From positions 1-48,385 of the forward strand of contig JBHLME010000016.1 of assembly GCA_048938445.1 (NCBI GenBank): a DNA stretch of 48,385 nucleotides. Reading direction: 5' to 3'. The stretch's first letter is position 1, and the number at the start of each line of letters is the position of its first letter. Under the pieces are notes generated by a model. That model had not been told where the DNA came from and did no database searches. It saw nothing but the letters and a program-made list of their open reading frames with translations. Positions 18,991 to 28,550 of this stretch are shown piece by piece. This stretch comes from Promethearchaeota archaeon (GTDB lineage Archaea; Asgardarchaeota; Lokiarchaeia; Sigyniarchaeales; SOKP01). Position numbers and translations under genes: made by a program.

Positions 18991-19890
18991 TCATTTTTCC
19001 TTAATAAAAGACATTATTTCAACGATTAATTTAGCAGTTAAGTTGCATGTTAATTTATTCTTAAGATCCAAGTTTGGAGCAACCTCGACTACATCAAATG
19101 CAATTATATTAAAATTTCTTGCAACTTCTCTCATGATTCTCCACATCTCTCGATATGAGAAACCACCTGGTATGGCAAATCCGGTTCCAGGAGCGATAGA
19201 TGGATCCAAGGCATCTATATCAATAGATATATAGAGATATTTAACATTCGATTGCTGAAAAAATTTGATAATTCTGCCAATATATTCTTTTAAACCTAAC
19301 TCGCTTAACAAGTAAGCATCGATGTGTTTTATGTTCTCACTTTCTGCAATCTCTAATTCTGGAATATCAATGTCTCTCGAACCAACAATTAAAATATTTT
19401 TATTATTGATGTAATCTAAATCAAAAATCCTATGAGAAATTGTCGCATGTGAAAATACACCCTTATCCCATTCTTCATAGAGATCCAGATGTGAATCGAA
19501 AATCAGGACCCCAAACTCATCCTTTTTTTTAAAATGGTCTCCTACGGTTTTAATTGTGGGAAATGAACAAAAATGATCCCCTCCGATAATTATAGGGATT
19601 ATATCTTCTTTATTATGATAAATCTCCTCAACAAACTCTTTAATTAATTTCAAATTATGTTCTACATTAGCTTCTTTAATATCAACATCTCCCAAATCAA
19701 CTGCTTTTAATTCTGGAATATAATTCCCTAATTCAGTTGTAAGTGCTAAATTTTGGGTTACTTTTCTTATCTCTTGGGGTGCGATGGCAGAATTTGGTAA
19801 ATCAATTGATGTTAAATAATCCCAAGGAATCCCAAATATGGCAAATTCTGTATTGAAATCAATTACTTCTCCAAAGTCGAAAAAGGTCAT
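18991..19890 (-). CDS. speB: Agmatinase / arginase-family ureohydrolase
   Basis: GGDH, FDSHLD, SIDIDALDPSIAPGTG, DVVEVAP; start reassigned to ATG 19890, just after the argS stop. Confidence 0.9.
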   Translation of the reverse strand: MTFFDFGEVIDFNTEFAIFGIPWDYLTSIDLPNSAIAPQEIRKVTQNLALTTELGNYIPELKAVDLGDVDIKEANVEHNLKLIKEFVEEIYHNKEDIIPIIIGGDHFCSFPTIKTVGDHFKKKDEFGVLIFDSHLDLYEEWDKGVFSHATISHRIFDLDYINNKNILIVGSRDIDIPELEIAESENIKHIDAYLLSELGLKEYIGRIIKFFQQSNVKYLYISIDIDALDPSIAPGTGFAIPGGFSYREMWRIMREVARNFNIIAFDVVEVAPNLDLKNKLTCNLTAKLIVEIMSFIKEK

Positions 19891-19895
19891 AAATA

Positions 19896-21602
19896 TCACA
19901 TTTTTTCTAATGTCTCTATACCTAAAAGTTTTAAACCTATTTTTATTACTATTTGAACACATTTAATGAGCAATATTCTTACTTTTTCAATGTTTTTATC
20001 ATCTGAAATAACTCTACATGTATCATAGAAAGAATTGAATGATTGACACAAGTTCAATAGATATTGTGGTATTAAATGAATATTATAATTATTAGCAACC
20101 TGTTCTACTAATTCTGGAAAAATATATAAATATTTTATTAAGTCTAATTCTTTTTCATGGTTTAATAAATCAAAATTAACATCCAAATCAATCTTTTGAT
20201 CAGATTTTAAAATTATTGATTCAATTCTCGCATAGCAATATTGAATATAGGGTCCAGTTTCTCCCTCAAAAGAGATAGAATCATTTGGATTGAAGATAAA
20301 ATCTGATTTTGGATTAAATTTTAAAATAAAAAATCTTATTGCCGATTTACCAATAATGTCAGCGCGATAATTCTTCTCTTCTTCAGAAAGCGTTGGATAT
20401 CTATTATTTATTTCCTCATAAGCTAATTGATGCATTTCTTCAACTATATCATCAGCATCCACAACTTTTCCTTCTCGACTTTTCATTTTTCCTTCTGGGA
20501 GCGATATCATTCCATATGAAAAATGAAATTTATCTTCCTTAAATCCTAACAAGTCAAGTATAGCAAAAAGCTGTTTGAAATAAAGGTCTTGTTCGTTCCC
20601 TACCACGTAAATGGAGCGGTCATAATTAAAATCTTGCTTTTTTAAATATGCAAGAAATATATCTTGAGTGATATAAATTGAAGTTCCATCACTACGAAGT
20701 AATATTTTATCTTGAAGACCTTTCCTTTCTTTTAAAGATGCGATTATAGCTCCATCCTCTCTTTTTTCAAAAATTCCTTTTTCTAAACCTTCAAGGATTT
20801 TCTCTTTCCCTTTCCAATAAAATTCTGATTCATTGTATTCCTTATCAAAGGAAATATTAAATTTTTTATATGTCTCTTTAAATCCATTTAATGCCCAGTT
20901 ATTCATTTTCTCCCATAATTGCCTTATTTCAGGATCTTTCTGCTCCCATAACATCAGCATGGTTTTAATTTCATCAGATAAACTTTCGTCCTTTTCTTCT
21001 TCTTCACTATATTTAACATAAAATTGACCAACAAAATGATCTGATTTAATGTGTGGTACTTGGTCATTACCCCATTTCTTATATGCTAACATGCTTTTAC
21101 AAATATGGATACCCCTATCATTATTTAAATTTACTTGAAATACTTTATGTCCTAAATACTTTAATAAATTAGAACTTGTACTACCAATTAACATGTTTCT
21201 TACATGCCCTAAATGAAGGGGTTTATTGGTATTTGGTGAAGGATATTCTATTACTATCCTAAGAGGTCGATTTTTTTCTTCAGTTGAAATTTTTCCATAT
21301 TCTTCTTTAAGTTCAAAAATATTATTTAAAATTACAGATGGTTTTATTCGAATGTTTATATATGGTCCATCTGCTTCAATCTTATCAATGTAATCAGGAA
21401 GTGTGATTTTTAATTCTAAATCTTTAGCTATTATATCTGGTGCTTTTTTTTCATGTTGTGCTAATCGATAGCAAGGAAACGCAAAATTAAAATTCTTGTT
21501 GGAAGGAGGAATTTCAATTAAACTTTCTATTTCATCAATTGTAAAATTTTTAATGTATTTTTTTAATAATTCTGCTATGATTTTTTTATTTATGAACTTC
21601 AT
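19896..21602 (-). CDS. argS: Arginyl-tRNA synthetase
   Basis: EYPSPNTNKPLHLGH (HIGH), RSDGTSIYITQD, KMKSREG (KMSKS), GPYIQYCYAR. Confidence 0.98.
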   Translation of the reverse strand: MKFINKKIIAELLKKYIKNFTIDEIESLIEIPPSNKNFNFAFPCYRLAQHEKKAPDIIAKDLELKITLPDYIDKIEADGPYINIRIKPSVILNNIFELKEEYGKISTEEKNRPLRIVIEYPSPNTNKPLHLGHVRNMLIGSTSSNLLKYLGHKVFQVNLNNDRGIHICKSMLAYKKWGNDQVPHIKSDHFVGQFYVKYSEEEEKDESLSDEIKTMLMLWEQKDPEIRQLWEKMNNWALNGFKETYKKFNISFDKEYNESEFYWKGKEKILEGLEKGIFEKREDGAIIASLKERKGLQDKILLRSDGTSIYITQDIFLAYLKKQDFNYDRSIYVVGNEQDLYFKQLFAILDLLGFKEDKFHFSYGMISLPEGKMKSREGKVVDADDIVEEMHQLAYEEINNRYPTLSEEEKNYRADIIGKSAIRFFILKFNPKSDFIFNPNDSISFEGETGPYIQYCYARIESIILKSDQKIDLDVNFDLLNHEKELDLIKYLYIFPELVEQVANNYNIHLIPQYLLNLCQSFNSFYDTCRVISDDKNIEKVRILLIKCVQIVIKIGLKLLGIETLEKM

Positions 21603-21762
21603 GGATGATACATGTAACCCAAATAAATTTTGCTCTAAAATTTAACTGTATATTTTTATATTAATTATTGATTGAATTATCTAAAATATTATGAATTGAG
21701 TATCGATAAGTATAAATCTTGATATAAACTAAAATAAAATAGTATAAATAACTTTAAAGTAC

Positions 21763-22140
21763 TTGAATAAAGAAATCCTAATGAATATTAAAAAGAGCCT
21801 GATAGTATTTGGAATTGGCTTGATAATTTTATTTATTACAATCTTAATTACCAATTTCAGCGGTATGACTACTTTTAACGACGTTAACCTTATTTACATT
21901 GATATTTACGTTCTTATTGGTGGAATCATAGTATTTTTCATTGCCTTAATTCTACCGTATATAAAATATTCATATAAAACAAAAAATCTTATTGGAACTA
22001 TTTTAATTATTGGAATAATGATGCAAGGAATATTCTTTTTGCTTGATATCCCTATTGCAATGAGAATTGGACGTTATTTGGTTAATTTTATGCTTATTGG
22101 TAGTGTTATAGGTTTAATAATTGCTTTTCGAGACGCTTGA
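21763..22140 (+). CDS. Small four-TM membrane protein
   Basis: Four hydrophobic segments; the start may be ATG 21781. Confidence 0.65.
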   Translation: MNKEILMNIKKSLIVFGIGLIILFITILITNFSGMTTFNDVNLIYIDIYVLIGGIIVFFIALILPYIKYSYKTKNLIGTILIIGIMMQGIFFLLDIPIAMRIGRYLVNFMLIGSVIGLIIAFRDA

Positions 22141-22223
22141 TTACGCTTAATTACTTTTAATAATCTGTAATCCAAAATATTAAAAATAAAATCTTCATTT
22201 AATTCATTATAGTCGGATTACGA

Positions 22224-22239
22224 CGAAAAAGTTTTATAA
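22224..22239 (+). promoter_or_regulatory. Candidate BRE-TATA promoter for the GTPase at 22333
   Basis: CGAAAAA followed by GTTTTATAA matches the archaeal BRE/TATA arrangement; the AT-rich background lowers specificity. Confidence 0.4.
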
Positions 22240-22332
22240 GGGTTATATATAAATATATTAAAAAGAAGTGAAAATTTCAAATTAATTATTATGATTTAGA
22301 TTCCAATAAATTACACCTTTCAGGATTATAAC

Positions 22333-22863
22333 ATGTACGACGCTACTTTCAAGGTTATCATATTTGGAGATGCCGGAACTGGAAAAACTACATTAGCTCA
22401 GAGATTTTTGACCAATATATTTAAATCAGATTCAAAAATGACGATTGGAATTGATTTTGAAGTCAAAAGCTTGGAAGTGGATAGTAAAAAGGTAAAATTA
22501 CAGATTTGGGATTTTGGTGGAGAAGAACGGTTTAGATTTTTATTACCTAGCTATGTACGTGGAGCAAATGGAGGATTATTTATGTATGACGTATCTAATT
22601 ATTCCTCAATTGCTCACATAGATGATTGGATGATGGTGGTTCATAAGGAAATTAAGCCTGAATATCAATTTCCCATATTGGTCGTAGGTGGAAAGGCAGA
22701 TCTTGCTGAAGAAAGAGAAGTATCCAGTGAAGAGGGAATAAATATATCTAAATCTAGAGGAGTAGATGGATTTATTGAATGTAGTAGTAAGACCGGTGAA
22801 AATGTTGACATTACTTTCGAAGCACTCACGAGGTTAATGCTACAAAACTCAAATATTCTCTAA
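22333..22863 (+). CDS. Rab-like small GTPase with RabF-like motifs
   Basis: GDAGTGKT, TIGIDF, KLQIWDFGGEERFR, YVRGA, FMYDVS, GKAD, ECSSK. Confidence 0.95.
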   Translation: MYDATFKVIIFGDAGTGKTTLAQRFLTNIFKSDSKMTIGIDFEVKSLEVDSKKVKLQIWDFGGEERFRFLLPSYVRGANGGLFMYDVSNYSSIAHIDDWMMVVHKEIKPEYQFPILVVGGKADLAEEREVSSEEGINISKSRGVDGFIECSSKTGENVDITFEALTRLMLQNSNIL

Positions 22864-22901
22864 TTTATATTATCTTTTATTAAATAGAAGGAAAAAAAAA
22901 A

Positions 22902-24296
22902 TTAAAAAATCTTCTTCTTAGACTTGCGAGTTCTCAGGAAAATATACAAAATATTTATCGCAATGAAAATTATGATGACCCCCCATTGAAAAAGTGGTGT
23001 ATTTGCTAAAAAGGATATACCAAGTAATGTTAATAGAAGATTAGTTGTCATGTCTTTTATAAGCTCGCTCTTTTCCAATGATTCTTCTAATCTTTCTTGA
23101 ATAATTCTATCCGTTTCAATATCTTGTGTATATTCCTCAATTAATTTTACAATTTCCTCGTCTTTTTTGACATAATTTAATGCTTTCGCAGGATTAATGA
23201 TCCAATCATTTAAAATGGCATTGCTTATAAAAGCTTTTGTCTGAAATACAAAGGTTTTTTCTATAAATTCATAATAGTTCTTTACATCGAATTCCTCCTC
23301 TTTAAGTTCTTTAGAAAGAATTGAATACTTTCCATAAATCACCTTACTTTCAAATTCAAGAGGGAAATCATATATTAATCTCAATGCATTATTATATTTA
23401 GTTTCATAAAATGAACCTCTGTTTAATTCCCGGAAAATTGGTACTACTGGGATGAATAGTGTTTCACTCATGTTATTAATTTTTAGAAACTCTGAATATC
23501 TTCTATTGAGTTTAATCAATTCTTCTATTATTCTTCGCCCTATCTGTATTAACTTATATAGTGATTTATCTATATCTTCAGATGATGTATTACAACTTAA
23601 AATTAATTTATCATCATCAAAAACGCCTGTAACTCCTTCCTTTAAAATTTTAAAACCATTCGTCTTTTGATATTTTCTATCAATATTTAATTTAAAACCT
23701 CCAAATTTCGCATCGGGATAGCAACTCGAAAGTATATGACGACTAGAAGTATTACTCCCAGGAATTTTAAAAATCGTATATAACTTATTAATTCCTTCAG
23801 GTATTTTGTGTTTTCTCCAATCAAATTCAAATTTAAATGTCTTAGATTTCACAGTTTTCTTCCAGTCTTTAGTGAAATACACGTGATTTCCATTTATCAT
23901 GGAAAAATTCAATTTTTTGTCAAATCTCAATTCTTTTAATGCGGCTCCGATGTAAGGAATTTCTGCTCTTATTTGATTAGATATTAAATTGATTTTAAAA
24001 TAATATTCCGTGATTCCGGTCTTAATCAATAAATTAGTTAAGGATTCTTTTGAAACTACTTTTCCTTTTTTTAAAATTATCAAGACCTTTTCTTTTATTG
24101 CATTTTTAATTGTCTTTTTTGATAATTCTTTTAAAATTCTTTTTTCCTTTCTTTTTCGTTTTAATTCTTTAGTTTTTTTGATACGTTCTTCTATTTCTTT
24201 TTGGGCGGGCTCTTGTTCTTCTTCTTCAGTTAACTCTTCTTCAAAAGCCTCCTCTTCAATTATAAAATTATTTTTTGGTACTTTTTCACTCATCAT
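22902..24296 (-). CDS. Hypothetical protein: charged N-terminus, possible wHTH, C-terminal coiled coil and two TM helices
   Basis: 464-aa ORF; Glu-rich then Lys/Arg-rich N-terminus; two hydrophobic helices followed by a basic tail. Confidence 0.7.
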   Translation of the reverse strand: MMSEKVPKNNFIIEEEAFEEELTEEEEQEPAQKEIEERIKKTKELKRKRKEKRILKELSKKTIKNAIKEKVLIILKKGKVVSKESLTNLLIKTGITEYYFKINLISNQIRAEIPYIGAALKELRFDKKLNFSMINGNHVYFTKDWKKTVKSKTFKFEFDWRKHKIPEGINKLYTIFKIPGSNTSSRHILSSCYPDAKFGGFKLNIDRKYQKTNGFKILKEGVTGVFDDDKLILSCNTSSEDIDKSLYKLIQIGRRIIEELIKLNRRYSEFLKINNMSETLFIPVVPIFRELNRGSFYETKYNNALRLIYDFPLEFESKVIYGKYSILSKELKEEEFDVKNYYEFIEKTFVFQTKAFISNAILNDWIINPAKALNYVKKDEEIVKLIEEYTQDIETDRIIQERLEESLEKSELIKDMTTNLLLTLLGISFLANTPLFQWGVIIIFIAINILYIFLRTRKSKKKIF

Positions 24297-24459
24297 TATT
24301 CACTTGATTCTTAAATTACCTAAAAGATGTTATGATTACTGGATAAATATCTCTAATCATGTAAAATTAAAAAAATATATGCTTTTTATTATTAATTATA
24401 ATATAAAGTGAAAATAATTAATAAGTATAAAGTAATACGCAAAATAGAATCATAATATC

Positions 24460-25476
24460 CTATTCTTCAATCATCATAAAAGTATAGAGAAAAACAAGGA
24501 TAAAAATTGTTGCTAAAATAATAAGACTCGTATTACGCATAAAATCTGATATTTCTGGGCTGAAACCTATTATAAGATTTGAACCCATGAAAATGGCTGC
24601 TAAAATATAACCAAATACATGTGAGCTGAATTTTTTTGATTGATTTTTCCCAGAAAAATAATTTACAACCGAAACTAAAAGTACTATAACAAATCCCGTA
24701 TAATAAAAAAAATTGATAATTGGAAAAATTTCTTCATTAAAGGCTAAGAACAAAAAAAATACTAATAATCCAATCTCTAATATAGCAATATAAAAAAATG
24801 TTTTTTCTTGTCTTGGTTCTACCAAAAATTGTTCATATTCACTAACTCCTCTATTTGCTAAAAGTATGAATAAGGATCCAATAGCCAAAGAGGTACACAG
24901 ACAATATGAAAATGTATATATATTATCAATTAAAAAAGTGATCCAAAGGGTTCCAAGAAAAATTGGTAATTTCAAATAATCAAGAGCTATACTAACTGTA
25001 CAAAAAACTGGAAGAAAAGCTGAAATTGCCATTAATATAAGCGTTATTTTTGGTGCTTTAGATTTTTCATCCCAATTTTTCTTCCTAATCGTAGTTAATT
25101 GCCATACCATTGAAGCAAAACTCAAGATTGAAATTATAGGTGTGACTAATGGAAAACCAAAGATAAAAAGAATGAACATCGCATTAATCCCATAAAAAAT
25201 CTTGAGTCTTAAGGGGATGATATTTATGGTCTTTTCCATTGAATCAATCGTGATTGAAAATCTATTAGCAAATAATATCAAGAAATACAACCAAGATACG
25301 CTAAAAGTGAAGGGAGTTAAAAACTTTGCAATAAAAACATCTAATTTCACATCTAAAGTCCACCACACATCAAAAGGCGTGAAGATAAATACCAAGAATA
25401 TAATAATTGGTACTGCTATAATTGCCATCAAGACAAAAAGACGGCTTAAAATTATCCCTTTTACTTCTCTAGGCAT
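24460..25476 (-). CDS. Multi-pass membrane protein of unknown function
   Basis: 338 aa with about 9-10 hydrophobic segments. Confidence 0.75.
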   Translation of the reverse strand: MPREVKGIILSRLFVLMAIIAVPIIIFLVFIFTPFDVWWTLDVKLDVFIAKFLTPFTFSVSWLYFLILFANRFSITIDSMEKTINIIPLRLKIFYGINAMFILFIFGFPLVTPIISILSFASMVWQLTTIRKKNWDEKSKAPKITLILMAISAFLPVFCTVSIALDYLKLPIFLGTLWITFLIDNIYTFSYCLCTSLAIGSLFILLANRGVSEYEQFLVEPRQEKTFFYIAILEIGLLVFFLFLAFNEEIFPIINFFYYTGFVIVLLVSVVNYFSGKNQSKKFSSHVFGYILAAIFMGSNLIIGFSPEISDFMRNTSLIILATIFILVFLYTFMMIEE

Positions 25477-25620
25477 GATTCATCAATCCTTATTTAAATT
25501 GAAATATATAAAAATACGTTTTAATACAAAATAAAGATTTGAACATTTAAAAATTTAATAGTATCAAAAATCGTAAAGAACATTCATTAAAAATAAGAAA
25601 TAAAAATAAATGAATTCTAA

Positions 25621-26313
25621 TTATTTCACGCTTACTATTCGACCTTTATCCATTTTAACGATTACATTACCATATTTAGCCACACTTTCTCGATGTGTCA
25701 CGATGACCATGGTAGTTTCATATTCTTCATTAATTTTTTTTAATAAAGACATTATCATTTTTTCACTTTCAGGATCGAGATTTCCGCTTACTTCATCACC
25801 AAAGATTACCCTTGGCTTGCTTACAATTGCTCTTGCTAAAGCTACTCTTTGTTTTTCTCCTCCCGACATCTCTACAGGATAATGATCTTTCCTCTCGAGC
25901 ATGCTTACATCTCTAAGAGCAGCAATAGCTCGATTTTCGATTTCTCTATTACTTAATACAGTTGGCCATAACAATGCTTCTATATTTTCCATGGCCGTGA
26001 GGGTACTGATTAAATTATAATCTTGGAATACAAAACCTACTTTTTGACGACGAAGCCTTGATAATCTATCTTCTTTAGCTCGTGCAATGTTTTCACCATC
26101 AAAAATAATTTTTCCACTATCTGGTAGGTCTAATCCACTCATTACATTTAAAAGAGTAGATTTTCCGCATCCTGTTGGCCCCTGAATCATTACAAAATCT
26201 CCACTTTTAATGGATAAATTAATATCAACGAGAGCATGAATGATTGCTCCTGCTCTACGATACTCCTTGTTGATATCGATCACTTCAATCATGGTATCTC
26301 TATCTATTGGCAT
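25621..26313 (-). CDS. ABC ATPase, LolD/MacB/FtsE type
   Basis: GPTGCGKS, GFVFQDYNL, MSGGEKQRVALARA, DEVSGNLD, VTH. Confidence 0.95.
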   Translation of the reverse strand: MPIDRDTMIEVIDINKEYRRAGAIIHALVDINLSIKSGDFVMIQGPTGCGKSTLLNVMSGLDLPDSGKIIFDGENIARAKEDRLSRLRRQKVGFVFQDYNLISTLTAMENIEALLWPTVLSNREIENRAIAALRDVSMLERKDHYPVEMSGGEKQRVALARAIVSKPRVIFGDEVSGNLDPESEKMIMSLLKKINEEYETTMVIVTHRESVAKYGNVIVKMDKGRIVSVK

Positions 26314-26328
26314 CTTTTTTCTCTCACC

Positions 26329-26892
26329 TCATTGACCCACTCGTTTAAGCGCTAACATTGGTCGTACCTTCGTTATCCTTCCTCTTGCGCCCATATAACC
26401 TATGAATTGCACCACCAAGAAGATTAAAATAGTATATAATACTGCCCATAACCTTATGAGTGGTAACCCCGCAACAAAAGCAGTTGGTATAAATTCTGCT
26501 TGAACATATCCAAGGATTGCAACCCAGTGAAAAAGAAATTCGACCATAATGAACAATCCCATAAGTGTAGTAAAAAATATGTATCCTAATATCAAAGACG
26601 TTACGTTACCTTTTGTCCATCCTATGCATTTCAACGTTGCCCATATCCTCCTATTACGGCGAACTATGATCCACGCATAGAGCAATGTAAGGAATATCGC
26701 AGCAAAAATCACTACTGATAAAGGGACAACACTGGTAAATGATAATTGTTCTGTTATTAATTCGTTAATAACCATTTCCATGTAAAAACTAGTCATAAAT
26801 ATTAACACGGTATACATGAGCGTGAAAACTATGAAAGTTTTTCTTTCACGCATGCTCATTTTTATCGCTTTTTTCCAAAGTCTAAACGCCAA
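26329..26892 (-). CDS. Minimal FtsX/MacB-type permease
   Basis: RRIWATLKCIGWTK and RITKVRPMLALK match FtsX-family motifs; four TM helices; 15 nt upstream of the ATPase. Confidence 0.8.
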   Translation of the reverse strand: MAFRLWKKAIKMSMRERKTFIVFTLMYTVLIFMTSFYMEMVINELITEQLSFTSVVPLSVVIFAAIFLTLLYAWIIVRRNRRIWATLKCIGWTKGNVTSLILGYIFFTTLMGLFIMVEFLFHWVAILGYVQAEFIPTAFVAGLPLIRLWAVLYTILIFLVVQFIGYMGARGRITKVRPMLALKRVGQ

Positions 26893-26989
26893 ATTAGCTC
26901 ACTTTAGTTTTTTTTAAAAGTTATTATTTAAATTTGTTTGGTATTATCTATATAGTAAATACAATAATAAAAAAACTTAGTGTAAAAAA

Positions 26990-27391
26990 ATGTCGGATAT
27001 TGAAAGCATTATTGATGACTTATTAAACACTGAAGAAAATGTATTTGGTGTAGCAATCATCAGAAAAAATGGTAATTTAATAACTCAAACTGAGAATTGG
27101 GATGTTTCTGGTGATTTAGGTGCGATAAATGAATTACTAAACCTTAAACTTGATCTTGGAGAAAAAGGTATCACGAGCATTTCAATTCAAGGTATAAAGT
27201 ACATGATCGTAGAAAATACTGAAGAAAGAAAGATTGGAACAAATGTCACAGGAAAAGGACATGTGATAATTGCCCCCGTGCCTATTGGAGGTACTGGAGC
27301 CTTAATATGTTATATTAATCCTGCTGCTGGACCTCGAGACGCCTTACTTAATGTACAAGAGTTTGCATTGAAATTAAAGGATTTTGTATAA
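26990..27391 (+). CDS. Asgard (Loki-type) profilin
   Basis: IIDDLL, AII..G.LITQTENW, IQGIKYMIVENTEERKIGTN.TGKGH, GPRD closely match the characterised Lokiarchaeal profilin sequence as I recall it. Confidence 0.9.
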   Translation: MSDIESIIDDLLNTEENVFGVAIIRKNGNLITQTENWDVSGDLGAINELLNLKLDLGEKGITSISIQGIKYMIVENTEERKIGTNVTGKGHVIIAPVPIGGTGALICYINPAAGPRDALLNVQEFALKLKDFV

Positions 27392-27409
27392 TTTTTTTTT
27401 ACTTCTTTC

Positions 27410-28501
27410 TTATATTGACCAATATTTTACTAATTCATTTAATAATACTTCTTTAATTTTAGCTATTTCTTCGCCCTTTGATTCAGATGAGAAGTCAATA
27501 TACTCAAATTCGGGACGTTCATAATCTTCATTGAGAAGGGCTTTTATAACCGAGTGGACACAGACCGGTAAACCAATAGGGCTATATCCACCTTCTAAAA
27601 TGAATGCAATTTTACCTTGACATAACTTTTGGGCCATCCTTAACACCCACTTGGTAAAATTATAATAAGAGTAACTCGTTAAGAAACAATTACCTATTTT
27701 ATCATCCCAATACATATCAAATCCAATTGCTACAATGATTAGATCTGGATCATATTCAATAAGGATAGGTTCGAGTATGTCAGTAAATTCCAAAAAATCA
27801 ATGTCAGTAATACCTTTCGGAACAGGAAAATTAATATTTTTACCTAAACCATTTCCTTCTCCTAATTCATCGATGAAACCAATATCTCCTTCCTCAAAAT
27901 CGAATTCATGAATCGAAAAATATAGGATATCTGGATCATCATAAAAATATTGCGCAACGCCATCTCCAAAATGATCATCAATGTCAATTATTGCAATTCT
28001 TTTATTATAATTCAATTTTTTTCTGAAATATAAAATAGAAGTTGCTATATTGTTAAAAATACATAATCCAGATGCTTTTTCTCTAAGAGCATGGTGTCCA
28101 GGAGGTCTTATTAAAGCTAAAGATTGGCTAACGTCTCCATTTAAAACACATTGGATGGCTTGTATTGCTCCACCTATTGCTTTTTGAGCCAAATAAAACG
28201 TGTCTTCAGTTATGAACACTTCATCACTCATCAATCCATACCCAAACTTGGATAAACGTCTTACCGTATCAATGTGATATTGTGAATGAGCTAATTTGAT
28301 TGTAGACTCATCTATATGAATCGGTTTTTTCTGGATTATTCTTGGTTCATTAAATAAATTGACCTTATCAAAATAATCTAATATAGATTTGATTCTAATG
28401 GGATGTTCATGAGCATAAAAAGAGGTGCGTGGAAAAGGTGGAACATTTAAAGTAGCAAAATCTTCATCAATAATGATACCTAATTTTTCATCCTCTAGCA
28501 T
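27410..28501 (-). CDS. Zn-dependent histone deacetylase-family amidohydrolase
   Basis: HEHPIR, RPPGHHA, GLCIFNN, DIDDHFGDG, GFD, LEGGY. Confidence 0.93.
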   Translation of the reverse strand: MLEDEKLGIIIDEDFATLNVPPFPRTSFYAHEHPIRIKSILDYFDKVNLFNEPRIIQKKPIHIDESTIKLAHSQYHIDTVRRLSKFGYGLMSDEVFITEDTFYLAQKAIGGAIQAIQCVLNGDVSQSLALIRPPGHHALREKASGLCIFNNIATSILYFRKKLNYNKRIAIIDIDDHFGDGVAQYFYDDPDILYFSIHEFDFEEGDIGFIDELGEGNGLGKNINFPVPKGITDIDFLEFTDILEPILIEYDPDLIIVAIGFDMYWDDKIGNCFLTSYSYYNFTKWVLRMAQKLCQGKIAFILEGGYSPIGLPVCVHSVIKALLNEDYERPEFEYIDFSSESKGEEIAKIKEVLLNELVKYWSI

Positions 28502-28550
28502 GATTAATAGTTTAGAAGAAAATAATTATATTAATCTTTCTATTTTTTCA

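Noticed and set aside
19891-19962. 24-aa N-terminal extension of the agmatinase overlapping argS
   Set aside because: ATG 19890 just after the argS stop gives a normal-length enzyme; the overlap is an ORF-caller artefact
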